From: Dimorphilus gyrociliatus
Lineage: Eukaryota; Animalia; Annelida
Reading direction: 5' to 3'
Assembly (NCBI GenBank): GCA_904063045.1
Contig: CAJFCJ010000001.1
Location: forward strand, 1,054,001-1,118,000
Length of the DNA stretch: 64,000 nt
A program made the translations under genes and the position numbers. How positions within the stretch are numbered: position 1 is the stretch's first letter; every line of letters starts with the position of its first letter. Positions 49,328 through 61,707 of this stretch are shown here, piece after piece. The notes under the pieces were generated by a model. That model did not search any database. It was given only the letters and a program-made list of their open reading frames with translations, and was not told the origin of the DNA.

Positions 49328-52129
49328 ATGATTACCTTGAAGCCACCAGACTCGATGTCAGATAACGGCCGATTAGCAATGTCTAACGGAAACAATATCG
49401 AAAGTCACACAGATAATTTGAAGTTAGATTTTCCATCCATGCTAGATGATGAAGATGTTACTTGTTCAACTGAATTAAAAGCATCTTTTTCCAATTCATC
49501 ATTTCATGGAATCCCAAGAATTTATGGTAGAAAGTCACCAATAATTTGCAAATTCTTTTGGTTCCTTGTTACGATAATGGCATGTGGAATATTTTGTTTT
49601 TCAACTTATACATTAGTAAGCCATTACCTTGAGTATCCAACAAAAACAACTGTCAAACCGTATAATAATATATTACCAATATCGATATGCATAAAAAATG
49701 GGTAAGTATTTTTCCAAAAGAAGAGCAAACTCGTGTTAAGAATATTAATATATTGTTTTTTATGGTAAAAACATTTTCTTTTTTTAGAGAAAACGTGACA
49801 AATTCGAAATCATTCAATGAATCTTTCAGGTAATTTAAAATTAATCATCGAATTTTTATTATATTATTCTCTTCCCTATATAAAGATGTTTAATAAGAGA
49901 AACATTCGAAAATTGTAACATATCGAAGGGAACGGCTAATTGCTATAAAATTTCATTAAAAGACAGTATGTTGCTAACAATTGTTTATATATACTGTATA
50001 AAATTAAGGCGTCGTTTTTTTTAATAATATAGGGTTTACAGTGGATATAATAACATACAATAATATAGAATTATATATTCACCACGATTCTGGAGAAATA
50101 TGGAACAAAATTTCGAAACACGAAACATGCGAGATGGAATACTTAAAAGTAAGATGTTCAATCTATAGACTATTTAAAAAAGATACTATATCATGTAAGC
50201 CTATTGGAAACACACAGTATTAACATATGACAAACAATGTTAATGATATTCTTATTATATTTATATACAGTATGTAATTAATTCTATACATTGAGGTTTA
50301 TACCTAAAAGAGTTAACATTAAAATGTTGCACTTTGAATAGTCAGAATGTCCAGCAAAATATGGATAATTAACTCTTCTGTAAAAAAACGCATAACAATA
50401 GTCTAGCTATAATCTATTATCTGTAATAAAGCATAATTATATACCCGTTTATTTGTGCATATTTTTACATTTTTCTCATTGTCATTACACTTTTAAACAA
50501 TACGTTTCTTTTGTTTATAAATTGATTAATTAATTAATGCTTTAATACTAATTATGTTTCTTTTTTACCTTGTATATTATGAAAAGATTTCTTTTTCTGT
50601 TGAAATTTAGATTTTACGACTAGACGCTCCTTATGGATCATGCTCGAATAAAACCTGTAAACAGATAATAGTTAAAAACTACTGCAATAGCCGGTCCATT
50701 GACATTGCTGATTTATCTGCAATTTATTCAAATGCCACTAGATTGAAACTGGAAGTGGTGCAGAAAGATCTCTATAACGATTCCTTTAACAATTGTCAAA
50801 GAGAAATGAATCGTTTAGATGATTTCCTCTCTAAATACAATCTAAAATTAACTAACCGATGGAATTTTCACCATTCTATGCTTCAGCTACAACAAGTATA
50901 TTTTAATGAAAATTTTATTGAAAAGTGGAAGGTTAACTATCCCAATTGGGAGAAATTTTTCAATGATAAGTTAACTTTTGAGTACTATATTAACGTGTCG
51001 AAAATAGATGATGTTGTATTGGATAAAGATTTCATCAAAAACTTTATGTATATCTTTGTATTATCGAAAAAATTAATGATTAATCAAACATTTCAATTTA
51101 ATCATATTTTTGAAATGAATGATAAGGATACAAATGAGAAATATGAACAAAGTCTTCTAAGAAACGTCCTAAATAATTTTAATAATGAAAATTCTAAAGA
51201 TAAAGAAAAGATTAATCAATATATAAATATTTTGAAAATATTCTTTCAAGATATTGAAAATACAGTTCAGAATCAAGTTGAAGATTTTTATAATGAATTT
51301 CATAGTTTAGTTACAAGAGTTTTAAATTTTCATTCAAATTTATTAATGAAAGAAAAATCTATTAATGATGAATCTACTTACAAAAAGGAAATTGATAAAT
51401 TCAAAGTTACAGAAGAGAATTATCTAATTGAATTTAAACGGCTATTGGTGTTACATGAACCAGATTCTCTCAATAAACTAACAGAATTAATTAATAAGTA
51501 TGATATACAATCCGAAAAACTCTGGAATTTAACAAAAAAACATTATGGAACAATTCTAAAAGATTTTTATAGACATTTGGAAGACGATGTTTTCGAATAT
51601 TATAATACAAATGAACAGAGTCAAAGGGAGAAACTTTTAATTGGCTTTTCTAAATTGACCAACATTGATAAAGACATTCTGAAAACCTATGATAAATCAA
51701 GAATTTATAGTACATTAAATTATATGAGGTCTACAACACTGGATAAATTAACAAGTCATTTAAAACCGTTTAATGACGAATGTTTGAAATTAGTTGAAAA
51801 GCGAAAAGAATCTAATTACAAGTGAGCTTTGTGTTATATTAAAAATGTTTATTTTTAAATTTTTATTCAAATAGCGGCATGTCAATTATGACAATATTAA
51901 AACGACCTAGTTTTCTTTTCGAGGAAGAAGCAGAATTGACCCTTCAAGATCTATTAAGTAAATAGACTTTATTATTGATTTATAAAACAATATCAAAATT
52001 TTATTATGTACAGGAAACATTGGAATATATATGGTCATCTTCCTGGGAGCAAGCATTTTATCCTTAATAGAAATACTCGACTTTTTCTGTTCAGCCCCCT
52101 GTCGGATTGCCTACAATAAACGATATTAA
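49328..52129 (+). CDS. DEG/ENaC channel subunit 2 (673 aa); exons 49328-49701, 49788-49829, 49886-49965, 50033-50148, 50611-51821, 51875-51957, 52014-52129
   Basis: FSNSSFHGIPRI, TM1 KFFWFLV..HYLEYPTKT, NCYKI, LDAPYGSC, TM2 RNIGIYMVIFLGASILSLIEILDF. Exons sum to 2022 nt in one open frame. Confidence 0.85.
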
Positions 52130-52470
52130 TCTTATTTTTATTATGATCTTTTTTATTAAAAAGAAAAACATAATTTATAGTTGTTACTACTGAAATATCG
52201 GCTTTACCTCAATTCACGTTTTGTACTTATTTTTTAAACTTGTTCGAATCTGACTCCCCGCTCTAAAGTTTTGGCGCGAAACACGTGATGCAAATTTCCG
52301 GCGCTTTGATTTAGTTCGTTCTTGAATTATCGCTCAGTTTGAACCGTCTTTTTTTTATTATTGAAATACTTATAAATATTCAGTGATAAATACACAAAAT
52401 CAGAGGATTGATTGAATAATTAAATAATTTACCTATTTCAATAGTTTTTGAAATATTTGTCACCTTGATT

Positions 52471-53197
52471 ATGGATAAGGAGAGTGAACTCAAAATTCAT
52501 CATATCGTTAGCGAACTATACAGAATAATAGGGTTAGTAAGGGACAAAATTAAAAAACTATTCCTAAAGCATTTTAATATATCTTCAGAGTTCAAGGAGA
52601 CTCAGACGATCCCTCTGTAGAAAATCTCGTAGAAACTCTGTTAAAAAACCGGCAACCATTTGTCTCAAGTCAGGTAGGTAGAATTTTGAAAGTTTGTTGA
52701 ATTTTTTATACTCTATTTATAACCATCAGGTATCCGTTCATCGTGCAAAGCGTACTTTAGCTGAAACTAGTTCTCAACCTAACGAGTTTTTAGAAAAATA
52801 TGAAGAGCTAAAAGCCAAAAAGTGAGTCCAATCACAATTATTAGAGTGCAGTTCAATTAACCCAAAAATTTTCAATTTTAACAGTATTCGACATTTAGAT
52901 GCGTTCGTTTATTTATTATCATTACTTAACCGGGATGATAATTTTCAAGCGGTTATGAAAAGTATTGGACCAAAATTACAATCCGATGACGTTTCAAACA
53001 CTCCAAGTTCTCTTAAACCGGACGAATTAAAGAAATTAAAATCCGATTTATTACGCGAAACAAATACTCTGAAAAATTACGAGTCTACTTTAACTTTACA
53101 CAGTGCAGACGGTAAAAAAGCATCTCAAAGTAAGCAAAGAATTATCATAAAATTTTATAACTTGATAGCTTTATATAGATATATTGATAATGAAATA

Positions 53198-53235
<38 letters not shown>

Positions 53236-56200
53236 GTAATTGAAATTTATGACTATTTTATAAATAATAAATCATCAAATGCAAAGTTAAATATCTAATA
53301 TATATATATATACTGTATCTGTTTATTTATGTCTATTTTTAACTAATTCTCAGAAATTCTACCGGCTCAACCCGACTGGCTTTTCGAACGATCCGCTTTG
53401 ACTATGGACTTTCTACCAGTTAGAGAAATTGGCAATGTAATTGTTATGACAATAATACTGGATTTTTTTTGTAAACTTATCTCATTATTCAATCGTTCAA
53501 TCCCTGATTTATCATAGGATTTACTTTTTTTTGTTACATTAGAATCAAATGAGAAAAATTGTTACATTTAAACGATGAATAGCTGAGATAACATTTTTTA
53601 TGGAAATCCAAAGCAGATGACATAATAAAACTAGTTATTCTTTATTTTTAGAATGATCAAATATTCCCAACTGTTAAATCATCGACGTCAATACAAGAGC
53701 AAGAGATAATTGAAGATATACTCTTCATTATGGAGGGTGTAACTGGCAGACATATCAAAGAAATACCACTCTCCGAAAACTATGGAAGAAGAGATTTCAA
53801 TATAGATCCTTCCATTGGTTTGTAATCCAAATAAAATACTCTTTCAAAAGTAAACACTTATTTTCCTCAACTGACATTAGATCCAATGAATAAAGAATTG
53901 ATTAAGAGAATGTTACCTCTCTGCTCAGATTATTCTACTGTAGTTCGCTTTATTGAAGGTTAATGAATATGATATTTAAATTTAAGCATTTATTTTAGTT
54001 TGTTTTATTATGCTTTTAGAGAAACAAGCTTTCGAGTATGGTTTGGTTAACCAAGCTGTTGGTGCTGCAATGAGAAGCTTAATAAATGTATGTATAGTGA
54101 CGCCATCTGAATTTATGAGACGCATGTCGATAGACTCTTTCTTCTGTTATCATAAACTTATTTTGCAAAGCGCTTATTGCCACTACTTGACTTTTTAGGA
54201 TTATTTAGTTCTGATTTGCCAACTGGAACATCAAAGTCGGGAAGGTCAGCTAACTTTACAAAAACTTTGGTATTATATGCAACCAACTATAAGGACTATG
54301 GAAATATTAGCTTCAATATCTAACGCAATTAATCAGGTATAGATGTACCTTTACTTTTACGTTTACTATTGAATTTTCTTGAGAGAACCCGAAAGTGTCA
54401 CGTAGGAATTAACTTTGTCGATTGTTTTCAGGGCGAATGCACTGGTGGAGCAGTATTATCTTTATTGTATGAAAAGACCCATAAACATACTGGGTTAGTA
54501 ATTGTTGATAAAATTTTTTATGGTTATTTTACTTTTCTCTCGATACTAAATGATTGACAAACTTTACTCTATAAATTGTTATGGGAAAAGGTATCTTTTT
54601 TATTATAAACGTTTAGGCTATCCTCTGTAAAATAAGAGGAGTCTATTTATATACCTGTCAGTCAACGGTAGATGCAAAAGTTTAATAAATAATATAATTT
54701 AGATTTTTTTTATAAATAAATATTTATTGGTTATAAAATTTAGAAGAGCGTAATTTGTAATTACTTTCTCTCTTACAGGGATAAAAGAGCCCAAGACTTA
54801 TGCTCTTTTCTAATGCAATCGGCTAACAAGCCTTATTTCGACATACTAGAGAAATGGATTTTCAAGGGCGCTATAGTTGACACTTACGCCGAGGTAAGTT
54901 TATGGATTTTTTTATTAAAAAGATTATCGATTTTTTACTTAAGTTCTGTTTTTATTCCAACTTTCTTTCCCCTCTCTCTTTATCTTCCTTAGTCTATTTA
55001 GTTATTATTTCATATAAAAAAAAGACGTATTTAACCAATAATATCAGCTCGAGCAAAAGAATTGCTCTGATTGCTGAGTATACAAAGCGTAAATAATTGC
55101 CATTTATTAATAAATTTGTATCGCTATTCCTATTTATAATAACCTTGAAATAGAAACACCTTATTTTTTAGATAAAAAAAAATATATATAAACCTTTCTT
55201 AATAGGCCTTTAACACCCTGTCCAAATGGGCTATTTATCACATCTCGTTATTTCCGATTGTATTTGTTTTTTTTCCAACTGCCTGGTTCCATTAGACGAT
55301 TACATCGGTCGAAAAACTGCTTCGGTAGGCATAATGTTCCGGTTGCCAGCCTATATGCCAGAGATTCCCTAAGCGTTACCCTTATCCTGGACACCTCCAA
55401 TACACCAGAGGGAATGATTAAGTGAAAGTTTTTAGTTTTGATTCTGTCACTCTTTTTGGACGTATTTAAGCTTTCCCTTCTTGAAAATAAACTGTTACAG
55501 TTTGGAGTTTACTTTTCTAAGCCATCTGTTTTGATGGGAAGAGAAACGGTGTAATTTAAGCTTAATATTATTATGTAACCTTAATCTTTGGCTTGTAAAA
55601 AATTTAGGTGGTATCTTTTAGTATTAATAATACTTAATAATAATAGAGCATAATCAGCATGAATATCGATCAAATTCTAAAAATAAACTCTACATATGTG
55701 TTTATGTTTTCAATTAATGCAGGTGTAGGGGTCTTATTCATTAAGACTTTTACGGCCATTACCGCTGTTTTCTAGGGGAGAGAAAGAAACTCCTTTATGT
55801 TTTTTGTAAAATATAAATTGATTGTTTAGGGAAGTTAGTTTAAAGATAGAGATATAAAGAATGGAATCTTTATTAATCCCAACATAGCGATAGAAAAAAA
55901 AAATTGAACCATGTAAATAATATGTAATAATATCATCCTCTATTGGGATCCATCTACGATTACCCCTATCCACTAACCAGAAAGAGCGCGAAAGGGTGAT
56001 CTATACAGATATTGACCTAGACGAGATTGATAGTGACAGGAAATAACGCGGGCCGTTTGCGTCGGCTATTTTACCATAGTATCGTTAGTATAGAGAATAT
56101 TTCAGCGGGACTTGATTAGTGTTTTTTCTAAATCCCTTCTTATTGACCTTCAACACCTTTCACTCCTTTTTTTTCTCTTTGTAGCGTTGTAGAGTTTTTT

Positions 56201-59200
56201 ACTAGCTCTACTACGAGGTTTCATTAGCTCCTTCTGCTCTCTGTCCTCATTTCTCATTTTGTTCTCTTTTTATTTCTTCCCTACTAGATCTTTCTCGGCG
56301 TGGCAGTTTTTTTCCCCTGTACTGTTTCTTTTCTTTCACTATTACTGTCTATTTATTTTTCTATTTTTCTTTTGTATATCCTTTACAGTTCATGATTGAG
56401 GAAAGACAGAGCCTAGTGAAGGAACGTTTACAAAATGATTATAATGATGATTATTGGGAACAGCATTATATTATTTGTAGGGATAGAGTTCCCGTCTTTC
56501 TCGAGCGACAGGCTGGATTAATTCTGAATACGGGAAAATACTTAAATGTTGTTCGTTTATGTGGAGAACATTTCCAATCAACACCTTCTAAACCCTTTGT
56601 CTATACGGATAATGAAAGAGAGTTGGCATCGAGAATCAACGAAGCTTATGCTTACGCTTCCGGTCTACTGTTAAACATGCTTTTGGAGAAGCAACGCCTA
56701 ATGGACCGTCTCCGGTAAGGCTTTCAGAGTGTTCGAGGATTAGTTTTTTTACATTTCTTAGAAGCTCCCCGTTCTTATGTCGACTTTAAGAATGACCTCT
56801 GACAGATCGTTCTATTTTAAGTGATTTTTAGTTTTTCCCCTGGTATTTTAAACAATCGTACTCCATCAGAAATATCTATCCTCATAATAGCCTCCGATAT
56901 CGGCTCTTTTCATGTTTCTTTGTATGACAAATTGTTAAACATTTATCCAAACAGATCAATCAAGCACTATTTCCTACTCAATCAAGGCGACTTTATTGTC
57001 CAATTTATGGATTTGGCGGAAGAGGAGCTGAGGAAGAACATGAACGATATTCAAGAAAGTCGTCTAGAAGCGTTGTTGGAATTATCTTTGAGAACTAGTG
57101 CCGCGAATATCGATCAATTTAAAGACGACGTTCGGTATACGCCCTTATCCTTTTTTTCCGCTTGCAATTTCTCTTAGCTATTAATTACATACGCTTTTAT
57201 TATTATTAGACCTGAACTTCTAAAGTATGATCTCGTCTCTCAAATTTTTAAGATAGCCTCTATAGAAACAAAGAGAGAAAAAGGTGACAACCTAATTCGA
57301 ATTCGCTACTGATTAAATAATTAACCAAATTATTACTACTTCAAATTATAGAGTATGCAATAGAGCATTCCGATGAAAATTTAACTGGCTTAGAGGCTTT
57401 TGCCTTTAATTATGTTGTTAAGTGGCCAGTCTCTTTGGTTCTGAATAAGAAGGTCAGTATTATTTATCATCCATCTTTTTTTATCCACTTAACTAAAGAT
57501 TTCACTAGGTTTATTGGATTATATTTTATATAGGAATAGCTAAAACGTATAATAACTTAGAGGGTACAGATTTATAAGTTAATTAAAAAATTTGTTTATC
57601 CATTACACAAGATAATCTTCAATAGCAATTATAACAACTATCTTGACGCATATCATACTTCACAAGACGATTTTGTAAAAATCCTATCCATCATATAAAT
57701 TATTCGTAAAAAGAGGGATTGAATAGACCCTTAGAAAAGTTACTAAACTGCTTTGGAAGAAGAAAAGATTATGTACCTTTTGTTAGATCTTTCTTCTTCC
57801 CTTTTCCCTATTTCTTTGCGCGAAGAATAAACATATAGGAAGAGGAAAGATAAAATGAGTGAATTTTTTTTCTCGTATACTACGTTAAGCCTAGCCAGCA
57901 CAAAAACGAAAAAAAAGAGAAACGAATGCGAAAAAAACTAAGTGGGAGGAATCATTTTTTCTGAGAATAATATTTATTATAGCAAAGTTAATATAGCTAC
58001 TAATTATCTTTATAAAACTAGTATAGTATTGCAAACTATTTATTCCTTAACGATAAATAGAAAAATGCTGATTTTTCTTTCTTTAATGTTTTTTTTTCAT
58101 TATAATATTGGAAAAATTTGTTTTGTTAAGGTAAATAATTTTTTAACATGTAACAGGAACTCTCCTTATCAGCTTTGACTAATTATAGTAAAAATTCATT
58201 ATCATATACTACACTTAATTATTCCTTCTTTAATTATATCGCTTTTTTTTTTTCATCTATTTTGTACGCAGTTTTACATTTCGGATCATTTTTTTTTTAA
58301 TATCATAATTAACATCCGGTCGGACTTTAAGATAGGGACGCATACTTTATATTAATATACGTGTATAAATATATAAATAGTTTACGACAAACGAAAGTTA
58401 CTTAGTCTCAGAATTCTTTTATTTGAAACTAGTTCTGTTCATTTGTTGACATAAAAAAAGGGAGCAGAAAAAAAAAAGCAGCTTCGATTGTTTGCCTAAA
58501 ACATTTACGGCCTGATTCGGACGATGGATAGTGTAGAGTCGAAGCCTCAAAGTAGAAAGATGACGTCATTAGGCAAATCGACGTCGCGTGTTTGTCAGAT
58601 AACATTGTTTCTCTTTCCCCGACAGGCTTTAACACGTTATCAAATGCTTTTTAGGCATTTGTTTTATTGCAAGCACGTCGAGAGGCAATTATGCAAGTAA
58701 ATTATTCGTCCTTGACATTTCTTGTTATATAACATTCATTTTTTCTCTCTTATAAAAAACTAATTAGCACATGGGTGACAAGTAAACGAGTTAAATCCAA
58801 CGACTGGGAAAAATATACTGCAGCATTTGCACTCAGACAAAGGATGTTAAATTTTGTGCATAATCTGCAATATTACATGCTATTAGAAGTCATCGAACCT
58901 AATTGGCATCAGCTGGAAAAGGCGATTAGTTCAGCAAAGAATATCGATGATGTACTAGAGGCTCACAATGAATTCCTGAGCTCTTCCATGCGGGACTGTA
59001 TGCTAACTAACCCTGAATTACTGTCGATGATCCATAAACTGATGGTTGTTTGCGTCACTTATTCGAATTGTATGCAAAAAGCTTTGAAATCTGGTTCGGC
59101 AAGAGGGTCGTCTCATACCATTGAATTTCAAAATACCATATCGAAATTTGATGACAATTTTAGCGCACTACTCGTAAGATTATTGGATAAAGTTCTTGAT

Positions 59201-59361
59201 TTTAGCCTTTGCAGTATGACCGATTTGAAGTTGGTGAATATTTTGCATAGGTTAGTCTTTTGCATACGATTAATTATCGGCAGATGTAAAAAGTTGGAAA
59301 CATTTGCAGGCTCGATTTTAACGGTTTCTACCAAGATCAGCTGGAAGCTAGGCACGGTTGA
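52471..59361 (+). CDS. TUBGCP2: Gamma-tubulin complex component 2, multi-exon
   Basis: SELKIHHIV, LLKNRQPFV, FLEKYEELK, EKQAFEYGLVNQA.GAAM, LQKLWYYMQP, KPYFDILEKWIF.G.I.D.Y.EFMI, YWEQHY, ILNTGKYLNVVR.CG, SIKHYFLL.QGDF, YQMLFRHLFYCKHVERQLC, RLDFNGFY. Stop at 59359-59361. Confidence 0.96.
53199..53235. repeat. (ATT)n microsatellite in a TUBGCP2 intron
   Basis: Read directly from the sequence. Confidence 0.95.
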
Positions 59362-60594
59362 CAATTGGGCAAGAAAGAAGATATTTTTTTGGATAAATGA
59401 CAAACTAGACCGTCTAGAAATGGCAAATTCATTACCAGGAACAAACTTTTTTATTTTACTACGAATAAATTGCTGTATCGTATGACATATAGATAATGAG
59501 GTTTATTTTTTTCAAATTGCTGTAATCACCGTCTTCCCTCGTCATGCGCATGAAAAGACACTCATATTGTATAGCTGATTGGTAAGGCTTATGTATTTTA
59601 CATCTACAACTAAAAGTGTCTGTTGAAGTTGGTAGGGTTGCTTTAATTGACGGTTTTCCCTTCCGCGTAAGCTCAACTAGATATTATATCCACTTTCTTT
59701 AAATCTTCAAAACTTTGTTCTCCTTTATTTAAGACACTAAAATCAACAGAAAATACATTTTAGTTTATTGTTCTTTTTTTTCTTTCTTTTCTTTCTTTTC
59801 TTTCTAATTAAAAAATTTATTCTTAAAAATATTATCGCGTGACCAACAAATTACGTTCATTAGAATCAAGATGAAGGTTGACAATCAGTAGGGCAAACTA
59901 GTAGAAGAAATATCGATACGAAGAAGCACTACTTCGTTGAAGAAGCAAAATAGGCCTGCTCCCTCTCTCTCGTCACGAATAGTTCTCGTCGCCGTCCTAG
60001 GCCTATTAAAATTATAAAAATCATTTTAATATATACTTTAGACATATCTCTGCAACAAGGGAAATCTAATAGACAAAAAAGATAAAATTCCAGCAATATA
60101 CTTTGTAAATGTAAAGAAACTTGGGATCTTTTACTGTAACATCTCCAGCAAGATATACAGTATAGACATATACCACACATATGTGTTCTATAATTTCATA
60201 TAAACATGCTTATGTATATAAGTACAGATTTACTACTTTTATATAAATATATACATATATATACAGTATATTTATTTATTTAATGTAAAAATTATATGCT
60301 ATGGTTATAAATAAATATATATACTAATATACAGTATATAATATATATAAAATATATATAATTAGAGACAGATGGCGCAACTTAAAATCTAAACCTTTAT
60401 AGTGAGGATAATTTTTTTAAGGAGAAGATAAGTAAAGGAGAAATCTACAGATATCAACACCGAGGCCATTGAGGAGTTATTGAAGAAATTTTTCCTAACT
60501 ACTATAATGAACTGATAACAAAATCGTACGGAAAGTAGTGGCCAAGGTGAAAAGATGTCTAAAACTGTAGCAACAAAAGAGAAAAGATATTATA

Positions 60595-61707
60595 TTAAAG
60601 TATAATCACTTTTCTTGGCAGTAGGGGTATATTCTGCCTATATCGCTTCTTAAATCCATCAACATTAGTATTCTGAGTGAACGGAGAGGAAGGCCATCGT
60701 CTTTGTAAGATTTCTCTGAGTTTTGCTCGAAATCTTCTGCCGAATGCTAAAAAAAGGAAGAAGTTAAGCGAACAGTTGACAACCATTAATAGTTCGTTGA
60801 CATCACGCAGAGTTTTCACGTTAGCGGCGTCCAATCGTACTTGTATGATAGCAAAGAAACCGTGCACTGTTTCTGGTGTTTCGCAAACTAAAAAGGCGGC
60901 AACTATTGCAATTAATACGACTGTTGCCGATCTCTCATTTATCTGTTGTTGCCTATTCGCTAAGTGTGCAGCAAAATTGCACCTCGAACTTGGCGTAGAA
61001 TTGCGCCTTTCCCTTGATTTACAAATAACAACCAGTAATATAGTGTTGAAGGTAGACAATAAGATGAAAGGTATAAAAAAGAGAAAAATTGGAAGGAGAG
61101 TATGATTATATATTTCATGCCCTTCATTGTTGAGAAAAAAGTTCGATATGGCCATTATATATCCAGGTCCTTGGCAGTCTATATGAACCATTACACAACT
61201 GTCGAAGTAGAGAGGTGCCGCGAAGGAGTTGGTTGCAAGAAATAGTAGAAAGGCCATTAATTTTCTTCCTCTCTCGCTAAATATTCGCTTCGAACGAATC
61301 GAGCCTTTGACGTGTACATACCTGTCGATTGTTACTAAAACGGTAGTCCATACTGACATCAACTGAGCAGTTTTTAAGAGAGGGTAAACAATCGGCTGAA
61401 GTATAAAATAGTAATAAGCGTCTGTGGTAACATGTTTAAACGGGCTTCGGAGGAGAGCAAATATCAAGTAAAATGTATCAGCAAAGGCCAAAACTTTGAG
61501 CAAAAAGTGAACATTACGACGTTCCTTGTCGCTGTGTAGAACAATGAAAGAGATAGAATTCCCTAAAATTCCTATACTAGCAACAATTAGAATCAGGTAC
61601 AGCTGGAGAACCACAGAAGCTTTATTGGCATTCTCAAACACAGTACCATTCGAGGTGTTTGACGGAAAACATACATTTAACGGTTTCGTCGAACATAGCG
61701 GCCACAT
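60595..61707 (-). CDS. Intronless rhodopsin-class peptide GPCR (FMRFamide/myosuppressin/sex-peptide receptor-like)
   Basis: Seven TM segments; GILGN, LAFAD, SVWTTVLVTIDRY, FLVCETP, and NCSLNFFLF..GRRFR, typical of this protostome receptor group. Confidence 0.88.
   Translation of the reverse strand: MWPLCSTKPLNVCFPSNTSNGTVFENANKASVVLQLYLILIVASIGILGNSISFIVLHSDKERRNVHFLLKVLAFADTFYLIFALLRSPFKHVTTDAYYYFILQPIVYPLLKTAQLMSVWTTVLVTIDRYVHVKGSIRSKRIFSERGRKLMAFLLFLATNSFAAPLYFDSCVMVHIDCQGPGYIMAISNFFLNNEGHEIYNHTLLPIFLFFIPFILLSTFNTILLVVICKSRERRNSTPSSRCNFAAHLANRQQQINERSATVVLIAIVAAFLVCETPETVHGFFAIIQVRLDAANVKTLRDVNELLMVVNCSLNFFLFLAFGRRFRAKLREILQRRWPSSPFTQNTNVDGFKKRYRQNIPLLPRKVIIL

Noticed and set aside
59281-59485. 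Extended TUBGCP2 C-terminus in ORF 58775-59485
   Set aside because: A 59-nt intron shifts the frame to the conserved RLDFNGFY end, with stop at 59361.
59880-60180. Coding-looking minus-strand patch between TUBGCP2 and the GPCR
   Set aside because: No consistent exon chain or homology could be built; left unexplained.
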